From: Myxococcota bacterium
GTDB taxonomy: Bacteria; Myxococcota_A; Polyangia; Nannocystales; Nannocystaceae
DNA length: 64,000 nt
Direction of reading: 5' to 3'
Assembly (NCBI GenBank): GCA_039028615.1
Contig: JBCCHT010000023.1
Location: forward strand, 96,001 to 160,000
Position 1 is the first letter of the stretch. Every line of letters starts with the position of its first letter. The position numbers were made by a program, and so were the translations under genes. Below the pieces are notes generated by a model. That model had not been told where the DNA came from. It searched no databases and was given only the letters and a program-made list of their open reading frames with translations. This document shows, in pieces, positions 38,417 to 47,828 of the stretch.

Positions 38417-41340
38417 TCTTCGACGAGCGACCCGACGCGATCAGTGGGCTCCCGTTCGCGGTCGATGACGGGCCGGGGCCCGACGACGAGCCCAGCCCGC
38501 TCGATCTCGCCGAGGAGGTCCGCTACCGCGGTGGCGGCTTGCTGGGCACGGGAGGGATGGGGGAGGTACGGGTCGCGTGCGACCGCCGACTCGACCGCAG
38601 CGTCGCGATCAAGCGCGCCGCGGTGCCTCATCCCGCGGCCGAGCGAGCGTTGCTGCACGAAGCGACCATCACCGCTCGACTCGACCATCCCGGCATCGTC
38701 CCCGTGCTCGGCGCGGGGCGGGACGCACAGGGGCGGGCCTACTACACGATGCCCGTGCTTCAGGGTCGAACCTTGGCCGAGCGAGTCGCAGTCGCCGAAG
38801 GGATGCCCACCCGACTGCCCTTGCTTCGGCCGTTTCTGCACGCGTGCGAAGCCGTCGCGCACGCGCACCGCCGGGGCGTGCTGCATCGCGACCTCAAGCC
38901 GGACAACATCCAAGTCAGCGAGCACGGCGGCACGGTGGTGCTCGATTGGGGGCTCGCGTGCACGGTGGACGATGCACGTACGGGCGGCGGGCCCACCGGG
39001 ACTCCGGGGTTCGCATCTCCCGAACAGAGCGAAGGACGGCCTACGGATGCCCGTGCCGACGTGTTCGGGCTGGGAGCGACCCTCGCCGCGTTGCTCGGAT
39101 CCGATGCTACCGCGATTCCCCCGGAGCTGGTGGCCATTCGCGACAAAGCTCGCGCCACCGATCCCGACCACCGATACGCGGACGCAGCCGCACTCGCCGA
39201 CGATGTCGCGGCATGGCTCGACGGACGAGTGGTCGCCGCTCATCGCTACGATCTGTGGTCGTTGGCGCGACGGGCCTGGCGAGAGCGACGAACGACGATC
39301 CTGATCGCCGTCACCATGGTCGCGGTGGTTTCACTCGCGGTGGTGGTGGGCTGGATCAACACGCGACGCGAGCGCGATGCGGCGCAAGCAGCCGAGCGCT
39401 CGGCGATCAGAGCCCGGCGGCAGTCGGATCGACACCTCCAGCGGGCCCTCACCGCCCAGGCCATGGTCGCGGCCGCAGCCGATCGCCCCGTGAACGCCCG
39501 CGAAGCCGCCTCCCGGGCGCTGGCGCTGGGACCCTCCCCCCAGGCACTCGGCGTGTTGGCTCGGTACGGCTACGGGGCGTCTCCCCGCGCCGCAGGCCAC
39601 CATTCGCCGGGGTCTTGTCGTCGCATTGCGTTGTCTGCCCAAGGTACTCGCAGCGCATGCATCGACGCCGACGAAGCCCGGCTGAGTACGATGCGCGGCG
39701 GAGACACGACGACGATCGCCGGGCACTTCGAAGACGCGATCATCGGCGAGCAATGGACGGTGCTGGTGGCCAGCGGCGACACGATCGTCGCGCACGGACC
39801 CGCGGGAGTGCGGACGCATGTCCTCGACCACCCTCCGGTCCCGATCGCGCTCGATGGCTCCCGTGCGTTGATCCAACGCCACCGCCGCGCCACGTGGCTC
39901 GATCTCGACTCCGGTACGCCGACGATGGCCGTCGACTGCCGCCCCCACTACGTCCAGGGGCTCGCGGTCTCGGCCACGGGCTCGGTCGTCGCCGCATGCT
40001 CGGACGGGCGTCTGCGGGGCACGGCGCAGCCACGCCATCTCCGGCTCGAGCAGCCCGAGGACGCCGGGCCCATCGTGCAGCTGGCCACCGATCCAGAAGG
40101 GAGGCGCCTGGCCGTCGCCACCGTGCACGGCGTGATCACCCTGGTCGATCGCACGACCGGCCGCGTGCGCCTCGAGATCGCGCACGGAGGCTCGGTCCAC
40201 ACCATGGCGCTGCACGCCGATCGCCTGGCGGTGAGTGACGCCGAAGGCGACGTCGCGGTCTACGACGCGACCACGGGACGACGGCTCGCCACCCTCCCGG
40301 GCCCGGCCTCCGACCTGCGCTGGCTCGACGACCGCCGGGTCCTGCGGATCGCCGCCACGAGCGTGCAAGACTGGCGATTGCCGAGCGAGACGCTGCCGCG
40401 GCGAATGACCTCGAACTCGGGCATCGCCGCCATCGACATCTCTCCCGACGGCACGCTCGTGGCCAGCGTGCACGGTGACGGCACGCTGCGAGTGCGGCGA
40501 CGGTCCGACGGCCACGTCGTCACCCATGCGCGCTGGCAAGACGGGGTGCTCAAAGACGCGGAGTTCTCCCCCGACGGCCGGCACCTCGCCGTGAGTGCAG
40601 CCCAGCACGCCGGGGTCTCGCTGTTCGACACCAGCACCTGGCAACGCGCGTGGCTTCCCGGTCCGCACCACTACCCGCGACTGGCGTGGCTGGGCGACGA
40701 CCAGCTGCTCGCGATGGCGTACGAGCGTGTGCTCGAGCGCTGGACCCCCGACGGTCGCTTTGCCCGGGTCGAGTCGATGGCACGCAACAAACCGGAGGAC
40801 TTCGAGCTCGCCAACGACGGCCGTTCCGCGCTGCTGCTGAGCATCGATGGCATGGTCCAGCGGATCGACCGCGACGGGACGGTGACGCGCCTGGCCGACC
40901 ATCCCGACGCAGAGGCGATCGCCAGTGGTCGCTCCGTGCTGGTCATCGCCGAGCGCGACGCGCTGGTGGTCACGACCCCGTTCGGCGATGTGCTCCGCCA
41001 CGACCTCGACCACGGCCGCCCCGTCGATCTCGCGGTATCCCCGGGCGACGAGTTCATCGCGGTGGGGCATCTCGATGGCCACGCCACTTTGTGGAGGACT
41101 CGCCCGCTGGAGCGGCTGGCCGAGCTTCCGGGCCATCGCCAGCGGGTGTCGGCGCTGGCCTTCGACCCCGCGGGCTCGTTCGTGGTCACGGGCAGCTGGG
41201 ACGGCGACCTACGGTTTTGGTCCCTCGATGCGATACGCCGAGACCCCGGTCCGCGCCCCGGGGCATGGATTCCCCGCGTGGGCCGGACCGAGGTCCTGGC
41301 GTCGGCCGAGCTCGGCACGACGTCACCTCGTGGCGAGTGA
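38413..41340 (+). CDS. Ser/Thr kinase with WD40 repeats
   Basis: ATGA overlap, LGTGGMG, HRDLKPDN, DWG, GTPGFASPE, TM, and WD40 repeat GHRQRVSALAFDP..VTGSWDGDLRFW. Confidence 0.9.
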   Translation: MIFDERPDAISGLPFAVDDGPGPDDEPSPLDLAEEVRYRGGGLLGTGGMGEVRVACDRRLDRSVAIKRAAVPHPAAERALLHEATITARLDHPGIVPVLGAGRDAQGRAYYTMPVLQGRTLAERVAVAEGMPTRLPLLRPFLHACEAVAHAHRRGVLHRDLKPDNIQVSEHGGTVVLDWGLACTVDDARTGGGPTGTPGFASPEQSEGRPTDARADVFGLGATLAALLGSDATAIPPELVAIRDKARATDPDHRYADAAALADDVAAWLDGRVVAAHRYDLWSLARRAWRERRTTILIAVTMVAVVSLAVVVGWINTRRERDAAQAAERSAIRARRQSDRHLQRALTAQAMVAAAADRPVNAREAASRALALGPSPQALGVLARYGYGASPRAAGHHSPGSCRRIALSAQGTRSACIDADEARLSTMRGGDTTTIAGHFEDAIIGEQWTVLVASGDTIVAHGPAGVRTHVLDHPPVPIALDGSRALIQRHRRATWLDLDSGTPTMAVDCRPHYVQGLAVSATGSVVAACSDGRLRGTAQPRHLRLEQPEDAGPIVQLATDPEGRRLAVATVHGVITLVDRTTGRVRLEIAHGGSVHTMALHADRLAVSDAEGDVAVYDATTGRRLATLPGPASDLRWLDDRRVLRIAATSVQDWRLPSETLPRRMTSNSGIAAIDISPDGTLVASVHGDGTLRVRRRSDGHVVTHARWQDGVLKDAEFSPDGRHLAVSAAQHAGVSLFDTSTWQRAWLPGPHHYPRLAWLGDDQLLAMAYERVLERWTPDGRFARVESMARNKPEDFELANDGRSALLLSIDGMVQRIDRDGTVTRLADHPDAEAIASGRSVLVIAERDALVVTTPFGDVLRHDLDHGRPVDLAVSPGDEFIAVGHLDGHATLWRTRPLERLAELPGHRQRVSALAFDPAGSFVVTGSWDGDLRFWSLDAIRRDPGPRPGAWIPRVGRTEVLASAELGTTSPRGE

Positions 41341-41955
41341 GTCGATCTCTCGGGCGAGGATCTCGTCGGCATGCTCGGCCTCGGCCCGACGCCGCACCGC
41401 CCGGGCGATGGCCATCAAGCCGGCGACGACGAAGATGAACAAGGCGGAGGCGAACAACATCAGGCGCTGGCGTCGAGTCTTCGCGTCCTTCAGGCTCCCG
41501 GCGAAGCCCCCCGTCCCGCGCAGGCCCTCGCTGTGGACGTAGTGAGCCGTCGTGTCCTTGCGCGGGCGACCGAAGGCCATGTCCACCCGGCGAATGTCGG
41601 CGCGGTGAACGTTGCGACCGACCGCCCGAGTCCCCCGCGGGGCGAGCTCGAGCGAGGGGTCGGGGCGAAACGAGATCCGGTGGTCGAAGGTCACCCGATG
41701 AACCCCGTCGCCGGGGGGCAGCGGCAGCGGCAGCACGTCGTCGCGCTCGGCCTCGTCCCGCGGCATGGTGACCCGCAGGGTGTGCTCCCCGAGCACTTCC
41801 ATCGTCGCGTCGTCGGGGAGCGGAGTCGCCAGCGGCTCCTGGGTGCTCGCGCTCCACTCGCTGTCGATGACCACGTGCTCGGGCTCCAGGTGGACGTAGT
41901 GCGCCGAATCGGGGATCGGACCCGCGAGGGCGAGCACCAGGGTCGCGGCGAGCAT
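41323..41955 (-). CDS. Exported/membrane-anchored hypothetical protein
   Basis: Signal peptide and C-terminal TM; coupled to the upstream gene. Confidence 0.65.
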   Translation of the reverse strand: MLAATLVLALAGPIPDSAHYVHLEPEHVVIDSEWSASTQEPLATPLPDDATMEVLGEHTLRVTMPRDEAERDDVLPLPLPPGDGVHRVTFDHRISFRPDPSLELAPRGTRAVGRNVHRADIRRVDMAFGRPRKDTTAHYVHSEGLRGTGGFAGSLKDAKTRRQRLMLFASALFIFVVAGLMAIARAVRRRAEAEHADEILAREIDSLATR

Positions 41956-42584
41956 CAGTGCGCTCCCTCGGACGCGACCACGTCGACGCCCTCATCGAAC
42001 ACGGTGTGCTCGGGCAGGATGGGCGAGGCCAAGGCGATGAACTGTGGCATCACGCCGAGGGTGACGATGGCCAGGACCAGCTTGGGGATGATCCGCGAGC
42101 GACGCTCCTCGCGGGACACGCCCTTGAACGCGCCGTGCAGGAACAGCACGCCCGCCACGGCGACAGAGACGAACGCGGAGCCCATGCCGAGGTAGGGCCC
42201 CGCCCACTCGCTCGTCAGGTAGTAGACCGCGACGATCGGCGCCAAGACGGCCGCACACAGGGTGCCCGCGAACACGCTGCCGGAGAACGACAGCAGCAGC
42301 GAGCGCGTGGACTCCGTGCTGTCGGAGAGGCGATGGGCGAGCACGCCCGCGGGCAGTGCGGCGAGCACGGAGAACAGCACGACCATGGGGACCTTGGCCA
42401 AATTGCCGAGCGCCAGCAGGGGCGCGGTGCTGCCCGCCGCCAGGCCCCACACCGCGGCGAACACGAGCGAGGACAGGGCCGCCCCCGTGATCAGCCGAAC
42501 GCGCCGGGCTGGGCCGAGGTCCTCGGGGACGCGGCCGCGGGAGATGTCGAGGAGCTCGGAGAGCATCTTTGCCGTCTTGTTCAT
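41955..42584 (-). CDS. Multi-pass membrane protein (Yip1-like topology)
   Basis: About five TM segments; ATG at 42584. Confidence 0.65.
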   Translation of the reverse strand: MNKTAKMLSELLDISRGRVPEDLGPARRVRLITGAALSSLVFAAVWGLAAGSTAPLLALGNLAKVPMVVLFSVLAALPAGVLAHRLSDSTESTRSLLLSFSGSVFAGTLCAAVLAPIVAVYYLTSEWAGPYLGMGSAFVSVAVAGVLFLHGAFKGVSREERRSRIIPKLVLAIVTLGVMPQFIALASPILPEHTVFDEGVDVVASEGAH

Positions 42585-42651
42585 GGCCCCCAGCAAAGCG
42601 CGGCGAGATGAACCCCCGTCGCGCGTCCTCCGAAAACGCGATGACGAGAGT

Positions 42652-42667
42652 GTGAAAATCGTGTGAA
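42652..42667 (-). promoter_or_regulatory. cre-tag-like response regulator site TTCAC-N6-TTCAC
   Basis: Minus strand reads TTCAC-ACGATT-TTCAC, about 70 bp upstream of the 42584 ATG. Confidence 0.7.
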
Positions 42668-42677
42668 AGGAACCGGC

Positions 42678-43661
42678 TTACGGGAATAGGGCGACCATCG
42701 AGGTGCCCGTGCCCGCCCGTGCCCGCGCCTCGATGGTGCCCCCGTGAGCCTGGACGACCGCCCGGACCATGGCCAGGCCCAGCCCCGTTCCCTTGCCGCT
42801 CGCACGCCGCGTGAAGTAGCGGTCGAATACCCGCTCGCGATCGGGCTCGGCGATGCCGGGGCCGTCGTCGTGCACCACCAGCTGCGTGCCTCCGCCGTGA
42901 CGGACCTCGACCTGCACCCTCGACTCGGCAAAGGAGGCCGCGTTCTCGAGCAGGTTGTCCACCACCGTCTGCAAGCCCGCCTCGACGCCGGGCAGCGAGG
43001 CGGGCTCGGCATCGACCGCGAACTCGACATGAGCGAAGCGCTCGTCCTCGGCGAACCGCTGCGCGCGGGCCTGCACCAGCTCGTCCAGCTTCACCGGAGT
43101 GCGCTCGTCGGCGGCCAGCCCCGCCTCGGCCCGGGCCAGCTCGAGGAACTGGGTCACGAGCACGTTGAGCCGCTGGCTGCTGTCGCCGAGCACCCGAGCG
43201 AGCCGCTTCATTCGCGCCGCATCGGTCGAGCCGGACTCGAGCGCATCCGCGGCGGCTCGGATCGCCGCCACCGGGTTCTTGAACTCGTGCGCGAGGTCGG
43301 CCACGAAGGCCTCCTTTTCTCGCGCGCGCCCCCGCAGCTCGGCGAGCAGGCGATTGAAGGCCCCCGCCAGCTCCCCGAACTCGTCGGCCCGCACCAGCTC
43401 GAGGTCGGCCCCGGGCGACAGCGCCCGCGCTTGCTCGAGGGCCTGGGTCCGCAAGCGCTCGATGGGCCGGATGAGGCGCCAGCCCAGCCACCACCCGACC
43501 AACGCGGCCGAGGGCAGCACGATCGCCGCGAGCTTCCAGAACGTGTAGTGACGGCTGTACAGCGCCAGGGCCAAGCCTGCCACCACGAAGGTGACCGCGA
43601 ACGAGCGCACCCGCAGCGACCTCCACCACCACACGTCGAGTCGGCTCAGCCCTCGGTCCAT
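42678..43661 (-). CDS. Sensor histidine kinase (CreC/ChvG-like; 2 TM + HAMP + HisKA + HATPase)
   Basis: DEFGELAGAFN, AHEFKNP, NLLENA, DDGPGI and GTGLGL. Confidence 0.92.
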   Translation of the reverse strand: MDRGLSRLDVWWWRSLRVRSFAVTFVVAGLALALYSRHYTFWKLAAIVLPSAALVGWWLGWRLIRPIERLRTQALEQARALSPGADLELVRADEFGELAGAFNRLLAELRGRAREKEAFVADLAHEFKNPVAAIRAAADALESGSTDAARMKRLARVLGDSSQRLNVLVTQFLELARAEAGLAADERTPVKLDELVQARAQRFAEDERFAHVEFAVDAEPASLPGVEAGLQTVVDNLLENAASFAESRVQVEVRHGGGTQLVVHDDGPGIAEPDRERVFDRYFTRRASGKGTGLGLAMVRAVVQAHGGTIEARARAGTGTSMVALFP

Positions 43662-44335
43662 CGGTACCCGGCCCCCACCACCGTCTCGATGTGCGAAAAG
43701 CCGGGATCGATGCTCTGGAGCTTGCGCCGCAGCCGACGGACGTAGGTGTCCACGATGCGCTCGGCCACCACCGTGTCGCCGCGCAGCCGGTCGAGGATGA
43801 CGCTGCGCGAGAGCACGAAGCCCGGTCGCTCGACCAGCACCTCGAGCAGGCGAAACTCGGTGACGGTGACCACCAGCGGCTGCCCGTCCCACTGCACCTC
43901 GAGTCGCTCGCCGTCGAGGCTGAGCTTGCCGATGCGACGGGGCTCGGGCGTTGAACTCTTGCGCTGGCGCAGCTGCTCGCGTCGCACGAGTGCGGCGACC
44001 CGGGCCAGTAAGATCCGCGTGCTGAAGGGCTTGGTCACGAAGTCGTCGGCCCCGAGCTCCAGGCCCAGCGCCTCGTCAATCTCGCTGTCGCGGGAGGTCA
44101 GCAGCACCAGCGGGACGAGGTTGCCCTCCTGCCGGAGCGTCCGACACAGCGCATAGCCGTCGATGCGCGGCATGTTGACGTCGGACACCACCACGTCGGG
44201 CGCGGCCTCGCGGATGCGGGCCAGGCCTTCGCTGCCGTCCGGGGCCGTGGTGACCGCGTAGCCGGCATCTTCGAATGCGAGGCCGAGCACGTCGAGCAGG
44301 GACGGATCGTCGTCGATGAGCACCACGGCAGGCAC
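43646..44335 (-). CDS. OmpR-family response regulator (CreB/ChvI-like)
   Basis: LIDDD, SDVNMP, LGADDFVTKPF, and wHTH VDTYVRRLRRKL..IETVVGAGY. Confidence 0.93.
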   Translation of the reverse strand: MPAVVLIDDDPSLLDVLGLAFEDAGYAVTTAPDGSEGLARIREAAPDVVVSDVNMPRIDGYALCRTLRQEGNLVPLVLLTSRDSEIDEALGLELGADDFVTKPFSTRILLARVAALVRREQLRQRKSSTPEPRRIGKLSLDGERLEVQWDGQPLVVTVTEFRLLEVLVERPGFVLSRSVILDRLRGDTVVAERIVDTYVRRLRRKLQSIDPGFSHIETVVGAGYRWTEG

Positions 44336-44360
44336 CCCGATAGCCTACGCCGTGGAGCGC

Positions 44361-45116
44361 CTATTGTCCGCTGGCGCCTTGATCAATCCAGTCGGCGATG
44401 TCGTCGATCGAATTGCTGCTGAGCGGCTCCGCCCCCATGCCGCGGGGCATCCGGCCGCCCATGCCACCGACCGAATTATGCGTGCCGTTGACCTTGTGCC
44501 AAAAGTAGCTGGCTTCGTGGTCGCCCGGCTCGATGAGGTTGAGCGTCGATTGCTGCGAGGCCACCTCGTAGATGGCGAAGTAGGCGTTGCCCGTCAGGTC
44601 GAGCACGGCCCCCTGCCCCCCGGGCTCGTGGCATCCCCCGAGGCAGCTCCCGGCAATGATCCCTTGAATGCGGGAGTACGGGATGAACTCGTCCGGGTCG
44701 CAGACGGCGGGGATCTCCTCGCCCGCCGCGTCGGCCTCGGCCACGAGCTCGTCCAGCCCGGTGACGCATCGGTCGTCGCAGAGGTTGGCCTCGTCCCAAG
44801 TCTCTTGCCAGCACTCGGCGTCGGGACCATAGGTCTGCTCGATGGCCTCGAGTTCGTCCGACTGCAGTGCCGCCGCGCAGGCGACATAGGTGGCACAGGA
44901 CTGGGTCTGGCTCGGGTCCGGCATGCCGCCCGCGGTGGACGGCGGGAAGGGCGACGTGGTGCTGCTCGAGTCGGCGCCCTCGTCGTCCGAGCCCGTGGCC
45001 ATGTCCGACGTACTGCCGAGATCGGCGTCGGTCGTGTCTGTCGACTCCGTGCCTCCGCATGCGAGCGCCAGCACGCCGATGCCGAAGCTCACCCGCCTCA
45101 ATCCCGCCCAGACCAT
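44361..45116 (-). CDS. Lipoprotein with putative c-type cytochrome domain
   Basis: Lipobox ALAC, SCLGGCH, RMP, and IADWIDQGA resembling planctomycete cytochrome c domains. Confidence 0.6.
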   Translation of the reverse strand: MVWAGLRRVSFGIGVLALACGGTESTDTTDADLGSTSDMATGSDDEGADSSSTTSPFPPSTAGGMPDPSQTQSCATYVACAAALQSDELEAIEQTYGPDAECWQETWDEANLCDDRCVTGLDELVAEADAAGEEIPAVCDPDEFIPYSRIQGIIAGSCLGGCHEPGGQGAVLDLTGNAYFAIYEVASQQSTLNLIEPGDHEASYFWHKVNGTHNSVGGMGGRMPRGMGAEPLSSNSIDDIADWIDQGASGQ

Positions 45117-45390
45117 CGCTCGATCGTACGCGAGGACGAGGCCGCTTTCGGCCGGGCAGCGGCGGTGGTGGCGTTACCCAGCGCGATGCCCAAAGGCCCC
45201 AACCGCTCGAGCGATGGGGCCTGCGGCCGACGATTCGCCGCGTGGACTGCGAAAACCGCCGCGGTGCAGCGCATGAAACGGTCGGCTCGGCACAGTGAAC
45301 ATTGCGGATGGACCCTCACCGGCCCGTCACCGCGCGTGAAATTCTGGAGTGGGATGAAGAATCGATCGACCCGGTGGTTACTACCGACAT

Positions 45391-46533
45391 ATGGACGCTA
45401 CGCCCCGGTCGTACTTGGTCGAAGCTTTGCGCTGGGACGCAGCCGGGCACCCCCAGCGCGCGATGCAGCTGTACGCGGCGGCCGTCCACTACCACCCGAA
45501 GGACACGTTGCTGCGCATGCAGCTGGCCGACTGCATGGCCCGGTGTGGTCGCGATTCGCATGCGGCCGCCGAGTACCTCCGCATCGCGATTCACTGTAGC
45601 CAGCAACACCGCGACCACGAGGCGCTGGCTCTGCTGTCCCGGGCGCTCCACCTCGACTCGAGCCACCTGGTCTACGTCGTGCTCGTCGATGTGTTGCGTC
45701 GCGTCGGTCCCGAGGCCCAGAGCCTCTGTGGCTCGGTCGCCAAGGCCCACCTCGCCGCGGGCCGGCTCATCGATGCGTTGTACATGCTGCGGCTGAGTGT
45801 AGAGCTCGGTCCCAGCAACCCCGAGCCCCGTCGTCAGCTCGCAGCGCTGTATCGAATCAAGGGCATGAAGCGCGACGCGGTGGCTCAGCTCGCAGACGCG
45901 GGGCGGCTCTTGCTCGCGGCCGGCAATCGCCGCGAGTACATCGTGGTGGCCGAGCAGCTGCTGGCCCTCGATCCCTACCACCTGGCGACGCATCGCGGGC
46001 TGTGTCACGCGCTGCTGCTCGAGCGTGAGACGCAGCGCGCCGTGGCCCGCCTCGCCCAGCTCATGCGCCTCAACCCCGGCGATGCGATCGGCTACGAGCT
46101 CCTCGGCCACGCCTACGCCGTGCTCGATCGCCGGGTGACCGCCCTGCTCACCCTCGAGCGCTTGGTCGACGAGCTGCGTGCGAGTCACCGCGTCTCGATG
46201 GCCAATGCCGTGCTGATGCGCGCACGCGAGTGGCGGCCCGAGGATCGGCGCTTCACCGCCGCCGTCGAACGCATGCTCGAGCCGTCCTCTCCCTCGATGG
46301 CGGTTCGAGTCGCCCCCTCGGAGAGCACCGTGGCCCTCGATCTGTGCGACGTGGTCGAGCTCGACGCCCACGACGAAACGATGCCCTTGCACATCGACGA
46401 GATCATCGAGATCGACGGGGTCGAGGACTCGGTGGCCGCCGCCGCCGCAAACGAGCCCTCGGTGGTCCATGCTCACCGACCGCTTCGCTTCTCGACCCAG
46501 ATCACGGTGCGATACGTCGCGCAGGCCGGTTAG
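45391..46533 (+). CDS. TPR-repeat protein
   Basis: Repeated helical TPR units ending in LDP/LNP, with an acidic tail. Confidence 0.7.
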   Translation: MDATPRSYLVEALRWDAAGHPQRAMQLYAAAVHYHPKDTLLRMQLADCMARCGRDSHAAAEYLRIAIHCSQQHRDHEALALLSRALHLDSSHLVYVVLVDVLRRVGPEAQSLCGSVAKAHLAAGRLIDALYMLRLSVELGPSNPEPRRQLAALYRIKGMKRDAVAQLADAGRLLLAAGNRREYIVVAEQLLALDPYHLATHRGLCHALLLERETQRAVARLAQLMRLNPGDAIGYELLGHAYAVLDRRVTALLTLERLVDELRASHRVSMANAVLMRAREWRPEDRRFTAAVERMLEPSSPSMAVRVAPSESTVALDLCDVVELDAHDETMPLHIDEIIEIDGVEDSVAAAAANEPSVVHAHRPLRFSTQITVRYVAQAG

Positions 46534-46801
46534 CGCCAGCGTTCGCGGCGGAACACGATGCCCGGGGGCCGAAGCACGACGCGTGCCCACGGGCATGTGC
46601 ATTTAATGTCGACGAACCCTCGCCGACGATTCGTACCGCGACGCCCATGCCCCACCGCGGCGTCGCGACATGAAAGGTCACCCGCCGAGTCGCCCCGACC
46701 TTAAATCGACGAACCGAAGAGTCCGTGCGTCTGGACCCCCCGATGTTTGGTGCAAGGCTGCGAAATCCGAACACCCCCCAACCCAAAGACGCACGGACAT
46801 C

Positions 46802-47770
46802 ATGCAATCACGTCCCCTTCGAGTCCTCATGGCCGGAACGCTGGCCGCGGCCTGTTTCGGTAGCCTCGCCTGCGACCCGCCGGTCTTCACCCCGTTCCCC
46901 GAGGCCGACCTCTACTACACGACCTTCAACTCGGTCCGCATGATCGACACGATGGGGGACGAGCACACCGTCTACGCCCCCAGCGGCGCCGACTTCTTCG
47001 GACTCGAGCTCGAAGGCAACTCGGTCTTCGTGGCCGACAACGCGCTGACCTTTCGCGGTTTTCAGCCCAACGACCAGAACCTGTCGATGAACCCCGACTG
47101 GGACGCGTGCTCGCCCAACGGCGTCACCTGTGACGCGGCGACGGACATCGAGCTGATCCCCGGGCTCGACGACGCGATCGCCTGCGCCGACGAAGCGGTC
47201 GTCTACGTCAACATCCCGGGCGCCTCGAGCTTCGGCGGCGGCACCCGGGCCTCGGTCATCACGCAGGCCGACGACGTCGCGCTGCCCTTCAGCGTCGCCA
47301 TCAACGATGCCCGATATGCCTTCGTCGTCGGCGTGGACGAGATGTCGGTCACCGACCTCAACGACCCCATGTTCAACACCGCGCCCGTGACCGGTCATGG
47401 CCTCACCCTCGGTGGTTTCTCGGTCTTCGACCCCGCGGGCAACTTCTACGTCTGTGATCCGGGCGCGGACGAGATCCGCATGTACACCGCCGCGCAGATC
47501 ACCGACATCATGTTCGACCTCGACAACGGCAACACCATCACCGAGCCCATGGCCGTGCTGTCCACGGGTGGCTTGCTCGCAGGGAGCATGGGTGCCGATG
47601 CCAGCGTGCGCGGCCCGGTCGGCATCGACTTCCGCGGCGGCATGCTGTGGGTGACGGTCGATGTGGGTACGGGCATGGCCGGGCACATCGTGCAGGTCGA
47701 CCCGGCCGACGGGGCGCAGACGATGTGGCGGACGGGCCTCGAAGGTCCGCGAGACATCCACATGGACTGA
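46802..47770 (+). CDS. Lipoprotein, beta-propeller-like (NHL/SMP-30-like)
   Basis: Lipobox SLAC, FDPAGNFYVCD, GPVGIDF and GPRDI. Confidence 0.7.
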   Translation: MQSRPLRVLMAGTLAAACFGSLACDPPVFTPFPEADLYYTTFNSVRMIDTMGDEHTVYAPSGADFFGLELEGNSVFVADNALTFRGFQPNDQNLSMNPDWDACSPNGVTCDAATDIELIPGLDDAIACADEAVVYVNIPGASSFGGGTRASVITQADDVALPFSVAINDARYAFVVGVDEMSVTDLNDPMFNTAPVTGHGLTLGGFSVFDPAGNFYVCDPGADEIRMYTAAQITDIMFDLDNGNTITEPMAVLSTGGLLAGSMGADASVRGPVGIDFRGGMLWVTVDVGTGMAGHIVQVDPADGAQTMWRTGLEGPRDIHMD

Positions 47771-47828
47771 ATCCGTACCAAAGGCCGATGCCCCGCCGAG
47801 GGCCGTCTGCTACGATCCGGTGGTTTCG

